Shown: positions 38,167-51,201, numbered from the stretch's first letter. The stretch: 64,000 bases of DNA from Scyliorhinus canicula (GCF_902713615.1 NC_052161.1:120745574-120809573); one strand, 5' to 3'. The notes: generated from the letters alone by a model not told the origin. Made by a program: numbers and translations.

Positions 38167-39600
38167 GGGCGCGATTTAACGGCCACATGGCTCCCGGCGC
38201 AGATGCAGGCATTCCGGTTAAATAGCGGGAGAGGCCAAAATCAGGATCCGTGCTGGGCACGAATCAGTTCGCGATCTAACCGACATATTCCTGATGGTGG
38301 CTTCCGGATCCTGTCCAGACATGGCAAGACACCAGTTGACTCCAATTAAAATCAGTCGCCATCTCATTAGCGGAATGTAAGTCCAATCTAATGGTTTTCC
38401 CGGGAACTAACAGACTGCCCAGTGAGAGGTCACGTAGGCGCCGTTTAGCACTTTTTAAATACGGGAAGCTAGCGCAATGGCTGCTGAGGAGGTGAGTAGC
38501 CATTACCATTCCCCAGCATGTGGCCTGGGGCAGGAGCTGTTTCTCCAGTGCCTGTGGGTGGGAGATGGAGGGGGTGGTGTTGCAGGGGGCTGGGTGTCAT
38601 AGATTGGGGGCCGCTCCTGGGGGTGGGGGTGGGTGCGGAATGAGGGGCTTAGCATCTGCTAAGCATCTATTGCGTTTACCTATAACAGGGCAGCTATAAC
38701 TGCTGCATGTCTGTCCTACCAATCGCTCCCAGGAAAGAGCCCTGTTCACGGTTATTGCTGAAGGTCACTTTAACTCCCTTCAACTGTGAGCAGCCTCTAG
38801 CTGCACAGCTGCAGGCTATTGCTAACAAGGAATTAGCAGTGTTGATTATGTGAGCACTTCACAGCTCGCAAATCCATTCTTGTGGGGTTACACATCCCAT
38901 GTCTCAGATGAGTATTATTGCCTTGCATTCTAATCAAACTGAGGCCTGGACACTTTGCCTGAACCCTGGGGACATCAGTGCCACAGAGGCTGCAGCCGAC
39001 AATCAAACACCCAAGAGCTGGGCTCCCCGCGACCAGAGCGTGAGTGTGTTGATCATGGGAGGCCACAGTAACACTGCCCCCGAGTGTTCCTGGCAGGGAC
39101 CTGGGTTTTGGGGTCCAGGGGCTCCTGCTGTGGCCGGGGGTGGGTGTGCAGTGTGGGGTTCTCCAGCACAACAGGCTCGGTGGATGGAACTCTGAGAGAA
39201 GGCAAGACAGGTAATGATGGAGGAGGTTCGGGGGATATGAGGGTCCTGGGGCGGAAGCCCTAACAGATTGTCAATCTCTCTCGTTCTCCAATTCCTTACA
39301 ATTCCAACATGGATGGTGTTGTTGACCCCGCAGCAGCAGCCCTCATGGCACTGGTGGCAGACCAGGTGGTCAGATGCTGCACATACCCTGTAGACAGGGC
39401 CGCCCATCAGTCTGGGGAGAGAGTCAGAGGAGGATGCTGGTGACAGCCAAGGTGTACAGGCGTGGCTGGTGGAACACAGAGTTGAAGGACAGCATGTGCC
39501 GCAGGAGGCTCCGTCTTGACAAGGAGACGGTGAGGCACCTGTGCCATGTCCTTGCGGAGGAGGAGGGCGCTCGTTTTTGGTGTCCGTGATGGTCACTGCA
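38167..39600 (+). mobile_element. degenerate PIF/Harbinger transposon (left end plus transposase N-terminal remnant)
   Basis: GGGCGCGATTTAAC terminus. VYRR...DSMCRRRLRLDKETVRHLCHVL at ~39450-39555 resembles a HARBI1-type transposase N-terminus. Confidence 0.65.
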
Positions 39601-39759
39601 GCTGGTTGACTGGTGGCGGCCTGAATCCCAGCATCTTCAGGGAGGAATGTTCTGAACCGTAGGCCTTTCAGGGGGCCTGAACCCCAAAGAAACTCTGAGT
39701 GGAGGCAATTTGAACTCCAGTGAGAGTTAGTGTCTTAAGGATAGGAAGGGAAAGCATAG

Positions 39760-40145
39760 GGACATAAGAAACAGGTGTAGGAGCAACCTAAATAGGCCTT
39801 CAGTCCTGCTCTGCCATTCAACAAGATGAAGGCTGAAATTCTATCACAACTCCACCGACCTGTTAATTCCCTTAGTACCCAGCCTCTATCGTGAATATAC
39901 TTAATGACTGAGTATCTATGGATCTCTGGAATAGAGAATTCCAAAGATATGTAACCCTTTGAGTAAAGAACTTTATCCTCGTCTCAGTTATATAAGGCCA
40001 ACCCCTTATTCTGAGACTGTGACCCTGAGATCTGTATTCCGAAGATAGGGGAAGCAATTTCTCAGCATCTCCCCTGTTAAGCCCCTTTAGAATTTTATAT
40101 ATTCCAGTTGAATCACCTCTCATTCTTCTAAACTCCAGAGAATAT
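39760..40145 (-). mobile_element. CR1 3' end
   Basis: RGD..GIYKILKG...FFTQRVTYLWNSL. Confidence 0.85.
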
Positions 40146-40258
40146 CGGTCTCGTCTAGAAAGAGAGAATTCGCTTAACTTAATAGTTACACAGGAGATTG
40201 ATGCAATGAATAGGGCACGTTGGTCAGCTTGACAATGCAGCTAAATGTATGAGAGAGA

Positions 40259-40500
40259 GGGCAGCATGGTGGCGCAGTGAGTAGCACTGCTGCCTCACGG
40301 CGCCGAGGTCCCAGGTTCAATCCCGGCTCTGGGTCACTGTCCGTGTGGAGTTTGCACATTCTCCCTGTGTTTGTGTGGGTTTCGCCCCACAACCCAAAGA
40401 AAATGTGCAGGTTAGGTGGATTGGCCACGCTAAATTGCCCCTTAATTGGAAAAAAATAATTGGGTACACTAAATTTATTTTAACAAAACAAAACAAAAAA
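40259..40500 (+). mobile_element. short-tailed SINE ending ~35 bp upstream of an exon acceptor
   Basis: Full copy with (AAAAC)n tail. TSD-like AAATGT(AT)GAGAGAG. Confidence 0.9.
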
Positions 40501-40535
40501 AATGTGAGAGAGTCTTTGAAATTTCTTTGTTTCAG

Positions 40536-40755
40536 GTATCTGAAGCTGTATCACCATCGGCTCCTGTTACGGTGTCTCAGTGCCTGGAACTGCTTTGCGC
40601 AGCAGCGCTATGCTGCAGCTGTATCTTTGCAGGAACGCCAGTTGCTGCGGAAGGGTCTGCATGCATTGCACTGGGCTGTGCAATTTTCCAAGATACAGGA
40701 GAAATTGCTGGAGAGAAGGCAACGCGCACGGCTCCTGGCTCATTCCTTTAAGCGA
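40536..40755 (+). CDS. C1orf167: C1orf167-like coding exon
   Basis: tttcag acceptor and gtgagt donor. YLKLYHHRLLLRCLSAWNCFAQQRYAAAVSLQERQLLRKGLHALHWAVQ. Phase 2->0. Confidence 0.85.
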
Positions 40756-41147
40756 GTGAGTATAGCAATCGCCCAAATCTCACAAGATTAAAAAATTCAC
40801 AGGCTGTCACAAGTAGAATCATTTTCCTACTTAAAATAGGATAAAACCCATAGCAGAGATCATCTGTTCCTCCTTGGGCAACTATATCTTAACCTGGGTA
40901 TCTGAGCACATCCTAGGGCACAGAGAGTTAGGATTCACCTGTGAGAGTAATTTGTAGCACAAAAGCCACAGATATCTGAACTGAACCTCCAAAATGTATT
41001 AGTTTCAATTGAAACATATTTGCAGCTCCTTTCCTCCTCCACCGTTAAAAGCTTGAAATAAAAATTTCAGTGTACTATCTCCCTTTATAGAAACTTTGTG
41101 AAAGTGATTATGTTGTAAATTTTCTCCATACCCGCTCCCCTGAACAG

Positions 41148-41335
41148 TGGACAGTTGCAGCCAGGCCCAGTCAGTGTCAGCTGGTGACAGGAGCTCCAAA
41201 CACAACTGACAAATTCTGTACTATTCACCCGAGGAAGCCGGTCACACTGCAGTTGATTAGGACGAAAACTTACAAACTCTGGAGGAATCAACAAGAGGCT
41301 GCACAATTACTGAGCTTGGCCAGTCTGCATGGGCA
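41148..41335 (+). CDS. C1orf167: C1orf167-like coding exon
   Basis: aacag acceptor, gtaagt donor, open frame WTVAARP...TYKLWRNQQEAAQLLSLASLHG. Phase 0->2, completing HSFKR|W. Confidence 0.75.
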
Positions 41336-42064
41336 GTAAGTGTGAATATTGGCACCACAATAATGCAAAGGCAATTGACATATGCCAAACGTTATATAAC
41401 GGTTCTATAATTCACCTCATGGTGCAGGGAATAGAACTGATCCTGGCGCCTTCCTGCCAATGAAGTTCAGTACCACATCAGGCATAGTATGTACCCACAG
41501 GATTATCAGGAATGCTGCTGCTTTGTTGCTTGAGTGATGTCTTGCTACAGTATTGGCCCATTGCACCATGCAGCAGTACCACACATGTGAAATCTTTTGG
41601 GATAGAAGCTTCATGGTTTCATAATCAGAAACCAGGCTGAAATTCAAACATGTCGGTATTAAGAGTTGGTGACTTGTCTGAAGATGAACTGTGAACGTAA
41701 CCAGTCAACATGAATTATGTAAATAATAGAGAACCAGCTGCTTCTACTCCCACATGTAGTGTAGGTGTGCAGCAATCAGCTCTGACTATAAACTGCTTTA
41801 AAGTGTGGTCTACCCGGCAGGGATTTGACTTCTAGAGGTTTGCGTCTCATGTTTGAAGAAAGAATTTTTAAGCTTCACACCCTGAAGGATGTGTGCTTGT
41901 CCTGACACTAATGGATACATGGAATTGATGCAACGTATCAGCACTCTATAGGAGCCTTTGCTCTGCACTATGCTTGTTCATCCAGTTTATTCCATTTAGT
42001 GTCTGTTTGAGCCCGTGTTGGTCATACACTGTGACCTACCTGTGCCTTCTAACTGTGAGTGCAG

Positions 42065-42295
42065 CTTGAATCTGACATGGAGACAGAGGTTGGAGTTGGT
42101 TTGTAGACAGGTGCTGCTGTCATGGGTCAGGTTCATGAAACAAAGGAGGCAGACCAGAGAACGTGCCGGGAGAGTCCTGGAATGTGCTCTGGGGCAATTT
42201 CTTTACCACCACATATTTGTTGCTTGGAGGAAGCAAGTTAATAGAGCAGGAATAAACATACAGAATACACAGAATACTCTGTGTTATCTCTCCCT
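42065..42295 (+). CDS. C1orf167: C1orf167-like coding exon (acceptor uncertain; 42107 is an alternative)
   Basis: RQVLLSWVRFMKQRRQ...HHIFVAWRKQV. ct|gtaagt donor. Phase 2->2. Confidence 0.6.
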
Positions 42296-42420
42296 GTAAG
42301 TGTCATCTCTACCTGAAAATGTTCACATCATTTTTGCGTTCAGTGCACTCAAAACAACCAGCGGTCACTTGGCATCAAATGTTCTAATTTGGAATGAGTT
42401 TGATTGCAATCAGTAGGGTT

Positions 42421-42626
42421 TAAAAAAAAAATAATTTAAAGTACCCAATTCTTTTTTTCCCAATACAGGGGTAATTTAGCGTGGCCAATCCACCTTCCCT
42501 GCACATCTTTTTGGGTTGTGGGGGTGCGTCCCATGCAGACACGGGGAGTGACCCGGGGCTGGGATCGAACCTTGGTCCTCAGCGCCATGAGGCAACAGTG
42601 CTAACCACTGTGCCACCGTGCTGCCC
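42421..42626 (-). mobile_element. short-tailed SINE
   Basis: Shared head and tail with an internal deletion. Confidence 0.88.
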
Positions 42627-43342
42627 TTGGGTTTTGCCATCTTTGACACCAGGTGACAAAAGGAGCCTAAAGGTATCCAATGTACTCAGCAAGCGACATT
42701 GAAAAATACCCCTCCCCCCCACACCCCAACTTACCAGTAAGGGTATCTTTGAGTCCCCCGTATCCCACATCATAAGGTTAGGGCGACGTCAGGCTTCTTG
42801 CCCTGGACTAGGAAAGAATCTCTGTTTCGGGTAACTCTCCACTGATTGTTGCTGGGAAGCCCACATGTGTAGATATCTGCCATAGGACAGGGTTATCTCA
42901 ATTCTGAAGTCAGCTACTCTTTTGCCACTCAGTTAAGGTACACATGAAGAATTGCATTTAGGGAGGACAACCAGCACGCAGGGAATCAATCTCAGTGCTT
43001 TCAGGGAGGTGAGGAGGTCAAAACAAGGGACTCAAACATCCTCTAAACTTCACCCAGAGCAGCAGAAATGCTTGGTTGAAGCAGGAGGAAGCCAGGAGAT
43101 GGTAATGTCAGCATGCGGTAACTCCTGTATCTGCAATCTATTTTGTGTGTATTTGTCCCTTTGTGTGGAGTGTGGTGCACTCGCTGGGGTGAAGGTGTTG
43201 GTGTTTACATTAATTACAAGGGGTTAAGTGAAATTGCTGTGATGCAGTAAAGTGCAAATGATTTTCAGCTCTGCATATGCTGGTTGTGCAATCTGTGTGC
43301 CACCACACCACTGACCTGTATTTTGTGTGTTTCTGTTCCCAG

Positions 43343-43530
43343 TGCTTGCTTTGATGCATGGGCACGTTTTTGTGGACAAAAGATTGCCTGCCAACAGGCA
43401 CTGGAGAGGAGACAGATAGAGAGTTTGCGGAGTTTCTTCCTGCAGTGGCGCTCAATGTTACAGCTAAAACGTGGAGAGAATCTGCATCTTTTCCAATTGT
43501 GCCACACACAAACACATCAACAAACTACAG
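43343..43530 (+). CDS. C1orf167: C1orf167-like coding exon
   Basis: ttcccag acceptor and cag|gtttgg donor. ACFDAWARF...SLRSFFLQWRSML. Phase 2->1. Confidence 0.8.
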
Positions 43531-43629
43531 GTTTGGGTATTTAAAAAAAAAAAGTGCCGCTTTGTAACACTATGCTAGCAGTGTTGCAACAGTACAGATA
43601 TGCTCATGCCATTTTAGTTTTTAAAATTG

Positions 43630-43990
43630 TATAACCTGCATTGTTACAGCGCCTTTCATGAACCTGGGACGTCCCAAAGGGCTTTGCAGCCAGTTCAGTA
43701 TTTTTGAAGTGTGGTCACTGTGTAATATAATGCAGCAGTTAGTTTTGACACAGCAAACCTCCCCAAGCAGCGGTGTGATAATCTGTTTCCAAGCTGTTGG
43801 GTGTGGGATGAGCTGTGGCCAGGGTACTGAGGAGAACTCCCCAGCTCCTTGAATAGTCCAATGCAGGCAGGCGGGCGGGGCCTCGTTTTAACATCTCATC
43901 CAAAAGGCAGCATCTCTGATAGTGAGGCACTCCCTTTGTATTGCACTGGGGAGTTGGATTGCATTGTGTTGCCAGGACTCTGGAGATCCT
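43630..43990 (-). mobile_element. Deu-domain SINE-like repeat (SacSINE1-like)
   Basis: AGCGCCTTTCA..GGACGTCCCAAAG..CTTTGCAGCC tail and GGCCTCGTTTAACATCTCATCCAAAAG body. Confidence 0.6.
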
Positions 43991-44789
43991 TGTTCTCTCG
44001 ATGAAACCATACAATGTCTTTTATCCCCTTAGAATTGCTGTTTTAAATTACAGACGGCTGTCCATTAATGTGACAGCAATCCGAATGTTCATCGTTAATG
44101 GGCAACGAAGAGAGCCTTGCATGAGCAGAATTTTTAAGGAACAAGAACAGGTCTTTTTCTTTTTGATGGATTGACCTAATGCCGCCAAGTTTTCACCTAT
44201 TCTCAGTACATTACTGCCGCAGAGGATAACTTATTCAAAGGAGGCCAGCTGTCACTACTGATTTACATCTCAATTTGCATATATTTACATTATAGCAAAT
44301 TTGAGAGGGGGTTGAGGATAGTTAATATAATGAGAAAGGTGGGAAGAAAAACAATGTTCATAAACTTGCAGAATGGGCATGTAATTGACAAATTCATTTA
44401 AAAATAGAAAAGCATGAGGTGGTGCATTTTCATGCGAGGAATACGGAAGCCACAGACTGTTGCAAAATTCCTGGAAAAGTGGTGTAAATAGGGTGAAGGA
44501 TGAAAGGGATCAAGCACTGCTGATACACATCATTAAAAGTGGCAATACAGGTTTACACAGGCCTAAACTGCAAACCAAAGGCTTCATTTTGAGAGGAATA
44601 GAATTGAAAGGCAGAGAGGTTATGTTAAACAACCTTGGTTAGGCCATACTTAAGGTACCGTGCATAGTTCTGGTCACCGTACTACTAAATAGATAGAGAG
44701 GAACAGCTGGGGTTGTGGTATAACCGTTTGACGGAAACCCACTTTGTACTTGAGAGTGCACATTGCCCGGGATTGGGGTGGGCTCTGAA

Positions 44790-45305
44790 ACATAATTTCA
44801 CTCTTTGGTGACTAGTTTCACGAGGCCGATTTGCTAAAGGTGGGGCAACCTCCCTCTGTCGTTGGCGGTCCACCTCTCGAATTTCCTCTGTCAATTTTTG
44901 GGCTCCTCTTCCTCCTCCTGTTTCACCTTAGCCTTGAACGAGATCATCTCTCCCCTCCCTACTGCCTTTTGAGCCTCCCAAACCAGCGACTGCGAAACTT
45001 CCCCTGTGCAATTAAACCCCCCATATTCCTTGATCACCTTCCCTATCTTATTGTAAACTTTGATCCACTAACAACCCCACGTCCATTTTCCACCCTGGCC
45101 TATGGGCCATCCCTGTCTCCAAAACCACATTCACCAATGTGGAGCATGGTCCAAAATTACTATTGCTGAATATTCCGACCTCCCAACCCCAGCTAATAGT
45201 GCCTCACGCGCCAGGAAAAATTCTATCCTCGAGTACACTTTATGTATGGGGGAGAAAAACGAATATTCCTCTTCCCTCGGGTGTAAGAACTTCCCATCTC
45301 TCATG
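44790..45305 (-). mobile_element. L1 ORF2 endonuclease fragment
   Basis: EYSFFSPIHKVYSRIEFF...SEYSAIVILDHAPHW. Confidence 0.88.
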
Positions 45306-45306
45306 A

Positions 45307-45627
45307 GGGCAGCACGGTAGCACAAGTAGATAGCACTGTGGCTTCACAGCGCCAGGAACCCAGGTTCAATTCCCTGCTGGGTCACTGTCTGTGCGGAATC
45401 TGCACATTCTCCTCATGTCTGCGTGGGTTTCCTCCAGGTGCTCCGGTTTCCTCCCACAGTCTAAAGACGCGCAGGTTAGGTCGATTGGCCATGATAAATT
45501 GCCTTTAGTGACCAAAAAGGTTAGGAGTGGCTATTGGGTTACGGGGATAGGGTGGAAGTGAGGACTTAAGTGGGCCGGTGCAGACTCGATGGACTGAATG
45601 GCCTCGCCTTCTGCACTGTATGTTCTA
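45307..45627 (+). mobile_element. full-length HE1-type SINE with CR1-like tail
   Basis: Complete V-domain (GGTTTCCTCCAGGTGCTCCGGTTTCCTCCCACAG) and ...CTGCACTGTATGTTCTAT tail. Confidence 0.9.
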
Positions 45628-45791
45628 TAACTATTCTAACTGCCCCCCCCCCCCCCCCCCAGGCCCCTCCTATTCGCAATCATAATAAGCCCAGGCCCTG
45701 TCCTTTGGGCCTGACACGCCCCATCCTTTTGTTGCTGTCGAACCCCCCGAATCCCCCCCCATCCACTTCCTCTTGAAAACACATCTCCCAT

Positions 45792-46015
45792 GGGCAGCAT
45801 GGTGGCGCAGTGGTTAGCACCGTTGTCTCAGGATGCCAAGGTCCCACGTTGGTTCCTGGCTCTGGGTCACTGTCTGTGTGGAGTTTGTATATTCTCCACG
45901 TCTTTGCATGGGTTTCATCCCCACAACCCAAAGATGTGTGCGGTAGGTGGATTGGCAACACTAAATTGCCCCTTAATTAGAAAAAATTAATTGGGTACTC
46001 TAAACTTAAAAAAAA
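45792..46015 (+). mobile_element. short-tailed SINE
   Basis: Full copy. Confidence 0.9.
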
Positions 46016-46023
46016 GACACCAC

Positions 46024-46510
46024 GGTCGCGATTCTCCGCTCCCCACGCCGGGGGGGGGGAGAATCGCGGGAGGGCCGGGCGAATCACGCTACGCCGCCCT
46101 GGCAATATCGCCCCCCCGCGATTCTCCCACCCCCCCAAAATGGTGTGACGCGTTTTGCGACACGCTGCTCGGAGAATCGGCGCTCGCCGTTTTTCACGGC
46201 GACCGGCGATTCTCCGGCCCGGATGGGCCAAGCGGCCTGACGACCCCGACCGGTTCACGCCGGCGGCAACCACACTGGTCGCTGCCGGCGTGAACATCGC
46301 GCAACAGGTAAGTGTGGGGCCAGTGGGGGGCGGAGAGAGGATCGAGCACCACGGGCGTGCTCGTGAGGTGACTGGCCCGCGATCGGTGCCCACCGATCGT
46401 CGGGCTGGCGTCTCTAAGTGATGCACTCTTTTCCCTCCGCCGCCCTGCAAGATCAAACCGCCATGTCTTGCGGGGCAGCGGAGGGGACGACGGCAACCGC
46501 TCATGCGCAG
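46024..46510. mobile_element. Harbinger-type MITE, partial
   Basis: GGTCGCGATTCTCCG terminus and CpG-rich body with TCTCCGGCCCGGATGGGCC, shared with the 31220 element. Confidence 0.7.
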
Positions 46511-47010
46511 GTTGGAGCCGGCCAACCTGCGCCCACCTTCTCGCCAGCTTCACTGTCATGTCCTGGTATATTTGAATACCAACTCTGTCCTGCTTCACCT
46601 CGAGCCTTTGCTTTGCCCAACCCAGGACCTTCTCTTTAACATGGAACTTGTGAAAGCAAATTATGACCGCCCTTGGCAGCTCGTTTGCTTTCGGCTTGGA
46701 CCTTATGAGCCCTATCATATTGGGAATTCTTCCCCTCCCTCAACAACTCTGCCAACATCTTTGTGACGTACTCAGTTGACCTCGGACCTTCCACCCCCTC
46801 AGACAAGCACACATTTCGTAGATTCTGGCACCTCCACTTGCTCTCCAGGCCCTCCACCCCAGCTCTGAGTCCTTTATTGGCCCTTACCACCCTCTGCAGC
46901 TCCTCACCCGCTTGCTCCCATACCTCGGCCGACACCTTCAACACCGCCGCCTTTACCGGGCCATCGCCTCCTCCACCCCTCCTTCGTCTCAGCCATCATC
47001 TCCTTTCGAT
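46510..47010 (-). mobile_element. L1 ORF1 fragment
   Basis: QNLRNVCLSEGVEG...DRAH...PRAVIICFHKF...IYQD. Confidence 0.85.
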
Positions 47011-47029
47011 CAAAGTTTACAATAAGATA

Positions 47030-47455
47030 GGGAAGGTCTTATGAGGAAAGGTTGAGGGTGCTCGGCCTTTTTTCATTAGAACGGAGAAGGATGAGGGGCG
47101 ACTTGATAGAGGTTTATAAGATGATCAGGGGAATAGACAGTCAGAGACTTTTTCCCCCGGTGGAACAAACCATTACAAGATGACATAAATTTAAGGTGAA
47201 TGGTGGAAGATAAAGGGGGATGTCAGAGGTAGGTTCTTTACCCAGAGAGTAGTGGGGGCATGGAATGCACTGCCTGTGGAAGTAGTTGAGTCGGAAACAT
47301 TAGGGGCCTTCAAGCGGTTATTGGATAGGTACATGGATTACAATAGAATGATGGCGTGTAGATTAATTTGTTCCTAATCTAGGACAAAAGTTCGGCACAA
47401 CATCGTGGGCCGAAGGGCCTGTTCTGTGCTGTATTTTTCTATGTTCTATGTTCTG
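47030..47455 (+). mobile_element. CR1 (HER1-like) 3' end with (TTCTATG)n terminus
   Basis: [17 protein letters not shown]...FFTQRVVGAWNALP, then a TTCTATG repeat tail. Confidence 0.92.
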
Positions 47456-47944
47456 TACCAGTTAGGCCACAGGTCCTGTTTCTGTATGCTCAATTTGATG
47501 TAATTTGATTAGCAAACCTTGAACATATTCAGCATGGTTCTCATTCTGCTCACTGTGTATACTCCTGTTTGGTCTTAGTAAACATTCTATGCCTAAAATA
47601 TTCAAGTAACTATTTCTAGCAGCATATAGTCCAGGATCTGCTGCTCTGATCCGATTCTGCAGTGAACCTGACAGTTGAAAAAAAAATTATAAATTGCTGA
47701 GTATTAATCTCCTTTCCACCACATTTACCCAGCTCACTGGTACCCTCTGGTGATTGATACCACGTAATGCAGTGATTCACTGGTATCCGTGAGCCTGGAT
47801 ATTCGGATGATTTAGAATGGTTGGTGTCTTAAATTCAGTAAAAGAAAATCATGAAAAGCAAGACCTTGATATTAATTCATTTGTTCAGCAAGGAGACCAT
47901 TCAGCCCATTGTGTTTTTGCCAGCTCTTTACAATCGTATGTGCG

Positions 47945-48105
47945 TCAGGCGTGGGTCAGTTGGTATCATTCGTGTCTCTGAGTGAGGAGGTTGCGGGTTC
48001 AAACCCACACCAGGACAGTACAATGTGGTATTAAAATAATGCTGCACTGTCTGGGCTGCCATCTTTTGATTCAACATTAAATCTAGGCTGTATCTGCCCT
48101 CAGGT
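47945..48105 (+). mobile_element. Deu-domain SINE-like head fragment
   Basis: tRNA-like head GTGGGTCAGTTGGTA...GGGTTCAAACCC. Confidence 0.55.
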
Positions 48106-48119
48106 GAATACACAAACAT

Positions 48120-50590
48120 ATGAGTTAGGAACAAGAGTAGACCATTCGTCCTTGAGCCTGATTGTGGCCTCAATAGCATTTCCCCCTGACCCTAATACCC
48201 TCTGACTTCTTTAATCAAGAATCTTAACTATCTCTAACTTAAAAGACAATCAATTACCTTGCCTCTCCCACTCTCTGGCGAAGTGTTTCACCAACTCATG
48301 ACTTATGAAAGAAGAATATTTCTCCTCTTCCTGGTCTTAAATCGGAGACCTCTACTTTTAAACTGTGTCCTCTTGTTCTGGCCGTTCCCACAATGGAAAT
48401 CTCCTTTCAGCATTCGCTCTGCCAAGCTCCCTCAGAATCTTATGTTTCAATGCGATCACCACTCCTCCTTCTAAACTTCAGTAGATACAGACCCAGCCTG
48501 TCCAATGTCTTAGATAGACCCCTCATTCCAGTGATGAGTTTAGTGATCCTTCTCTGAACTGCTAATATAATGATGTCCTTTCTTAAATAAGAAAACCAAG
48601 ACTGTATACTTTTATATTCCATTCACTGTGCAAGAACAGCAACATCCTATTTGCCTTCCTAATCACTTACTCTACCTGCATTCTACAGTTTTGTGATTCA
48701 TGTACTAGGACACCCAGATCCCTTTGTACTTCAGAGTTCTGTAGTTAGTACTGCTGCCTCAAGACGCCCAGGACCCAGGTCCGATCCTGGCCCAGGTCAC
48801 TCTCCTTGTGGAGTTTGCACATTCTCCCGTGTCTGCGTGGATCTCACCCCCACAACCCAAAGATGTGCAGAGTAGCTGGAGTGGCCATGTGAAATTGCCC
48901 CTTAATTGGGAAAAAATGAATCGGGTACTTTAAATTTATTTCAAAAAAGTACTTCAGAGTTCTGCATTCTCTTTATATTTAGATAATATTCTACTTTCTA
49001 TATTTCCTGCCGAAGTGGACAAGTTAATATTTTCTTATGTAATATACCATCTGTCAATTTTTTGCCCACTCACCTAACCTATTTGTATTCCTTTGCAAAT
49101 ATGTCCTCTTCATAATTTACTTTCCTACCTATCATTGTGTCATCAGCAAATTTAGCAACTATGTATTCAGTCCCTTTATCCAAATCATTGGTATAGATTG
49201 CAAATAGTTGAGACCCGCGCACTGATCCATGTGGCACTCCACTCATTACATTTTGCCAACCTGTAAATGGCCATATTTTGCATGTTCTGTTTCCTGTTAG
49301 CTAACGATCCCCTATCCATGCTACTATATTATGCTCTACACCATGGGTTCTTATTTTGTGTCGTAAACTTTGTTGTGGCACTTATCAATTGATTTCTGGA
49401 ACTCTTACGTACACCACATCCACAAGTTTCCCCTTGATCCATGTTGTTTGTTACCCCCTCAAAGAACTCTAATAAATTGGTCAAAAATAATTTTCTTCTC
49501 TCAAAATCAGATTGGCCGGAACTCCAGCTGTTTGCGTCAACGGAATCTTCCAATCCCGCCAACAGCACACCCTCATCGCGTGTTTCCAGGTGGAGACTAG
49601 TGCATTCAACAGAAAACCCAGTTGTCCAAGGCAAGAGCAGAAAATTCCACTGCTGGCTAATGGCAGCCTGCCTCCCGGCCACCCAAAGACTCTGCCTGTT
49701 TGAATTGAGATTTTCTTCATTCACAGCTTCAACCTTCCTAATCACAAATTCCAGTATTTTCTCTTTGATGGATGTTAAGCCAACTGACCTGTAGTTTCCT
49801 GATTTTTGTTTCCCTCATTTCTTAAATAGAGGAATTACATTCGTTATTTTCCATTTGATAGGTTCTTTCCGGAATTCAGGAAATTTTGGAAAATCAAAAC
49901 CAATATATCTGCAATCTCAGCAGGCACTTTATTAAGATCCTCAGGTGAAATCCATCAGGATCTGGGGACTTGCCAGCTTTCAGTCTAACCATTTTTTCAA
50001 TACTGTCTCCCTGGGGATTGTAATTGTTTTAACCCTCCCCTGACTTGATTCACGGTTAATTCTGGGATGTTAATTGTATTCTCTTTTAAAAAAAATATAA
50101 ATTTAGAGTACCCAATTATTTTTTTCCAATTAAGGGGTAATTTAGTGTGGCTCATCCACCTACTGCACATCTCTGGATTGTGGGGGTGAGACCCACGCAG
50201 GCACGGGGAGAATGTGCAAACTCCACACGGACAGTGACCTAGGGCCAGATTTGTATCCTGTACAGTGAAGTTGAGTGCAAAATATCCATTCAATTCATCT
50301 GCCATTTCCTTATTTTCCGTGATTGATCCCCTGACTCTCTCTTTAATGGACCAACGCTCACTTGAATTACTATTTTCCTTTTTAAATACCTGCAGAAACT
50401 CTTACTATATTTTTTATGTTTCTAGCCAGATTTCTCATGTATTTTAATTTCTCCCTTGATATTATTCTTTCATATTCTCGTTAATCGTCTGACCTGCCCA
50501 TAATCTTTGTGGAATTGTACAGCTTTCCTTTAATTTAGATACTATCCTTAAATTCCTTAGTTAGCCACGGATGGTGCGTCCTTCTCCTAG
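48120..50590 (-). mobile_element. degenerate CR1 ORF2 interrupted by SINEs (48742-48945 +, 50095-50248 -)
   Basis: LTNLLEFFEGVT, FADD and MADELNGYF motifs. The SINE at 48742 has TSD GTACTTCAGAGTTCTG. Confidence 0.8.
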
Positions 50591-50852
50591 TCCCACTACT
50601 CCACAGGCCACACCATAATTTAAAAGTTTAATTCACCCACCAGAATGGCCAATTATTTACCTTCGCTATTGTTAGACCCAGAATAAGACTCTACCTGGGC
50701 TTTTTAAAAAATAAATTCAGAATGATTGATTTATTATAAAACAATAATACTTTTGTAAAACAATTGCAAGAACTGGTTAACGTATAATTTGTAATCTGGA
50801 AATGTAACTATTTATCCCCTTTAAAATTTGCACATTCCACGTACACGCGTGT

Positions 50853-50885
<33 letters not shown>

Positions 50886-50974
50886 GGACTATCAAATAGG
50901 ACCTCTGCAGTGATGGGTGGTTGTAGAAAAACCTTTATAAAAAAAGGATAAAGTTTGCAGGGTTTTGGCAATGT

Positions 50975-51201
50975 CTTTTTTTTTATTTAGAGTACTCGAT
51001 TAATTTTTTTTCCACTTAAGGGGCAATTTAGCGTGGCCAATCCATCTAGCCAGCACATTTTTGGGTTGTGGGGGTGAGACCCACGCAAACATGGGGAGAA
51101 TGTGCAAACTCCACAAGGACAGTGACCCAGATCCGGGATCGAACCTGGGACCTCGGCGCCGTGAGGCCGCAGTGCTAACCCACTGCGCCACCGTGCTGCC
51201 C
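50975..51201 (-). mobile_element. short-tailed SINE
   Basis: Full copy with poly-T. TSD-like GGTTTTG(G/A)CAAT. Confidence 0.9.

Noticed and set aside
41420-42000. Extension of the 42065 exon upstream
   Set aside because: In-frame TAG at 41997, and stops in all frames examined around 41500-41700.
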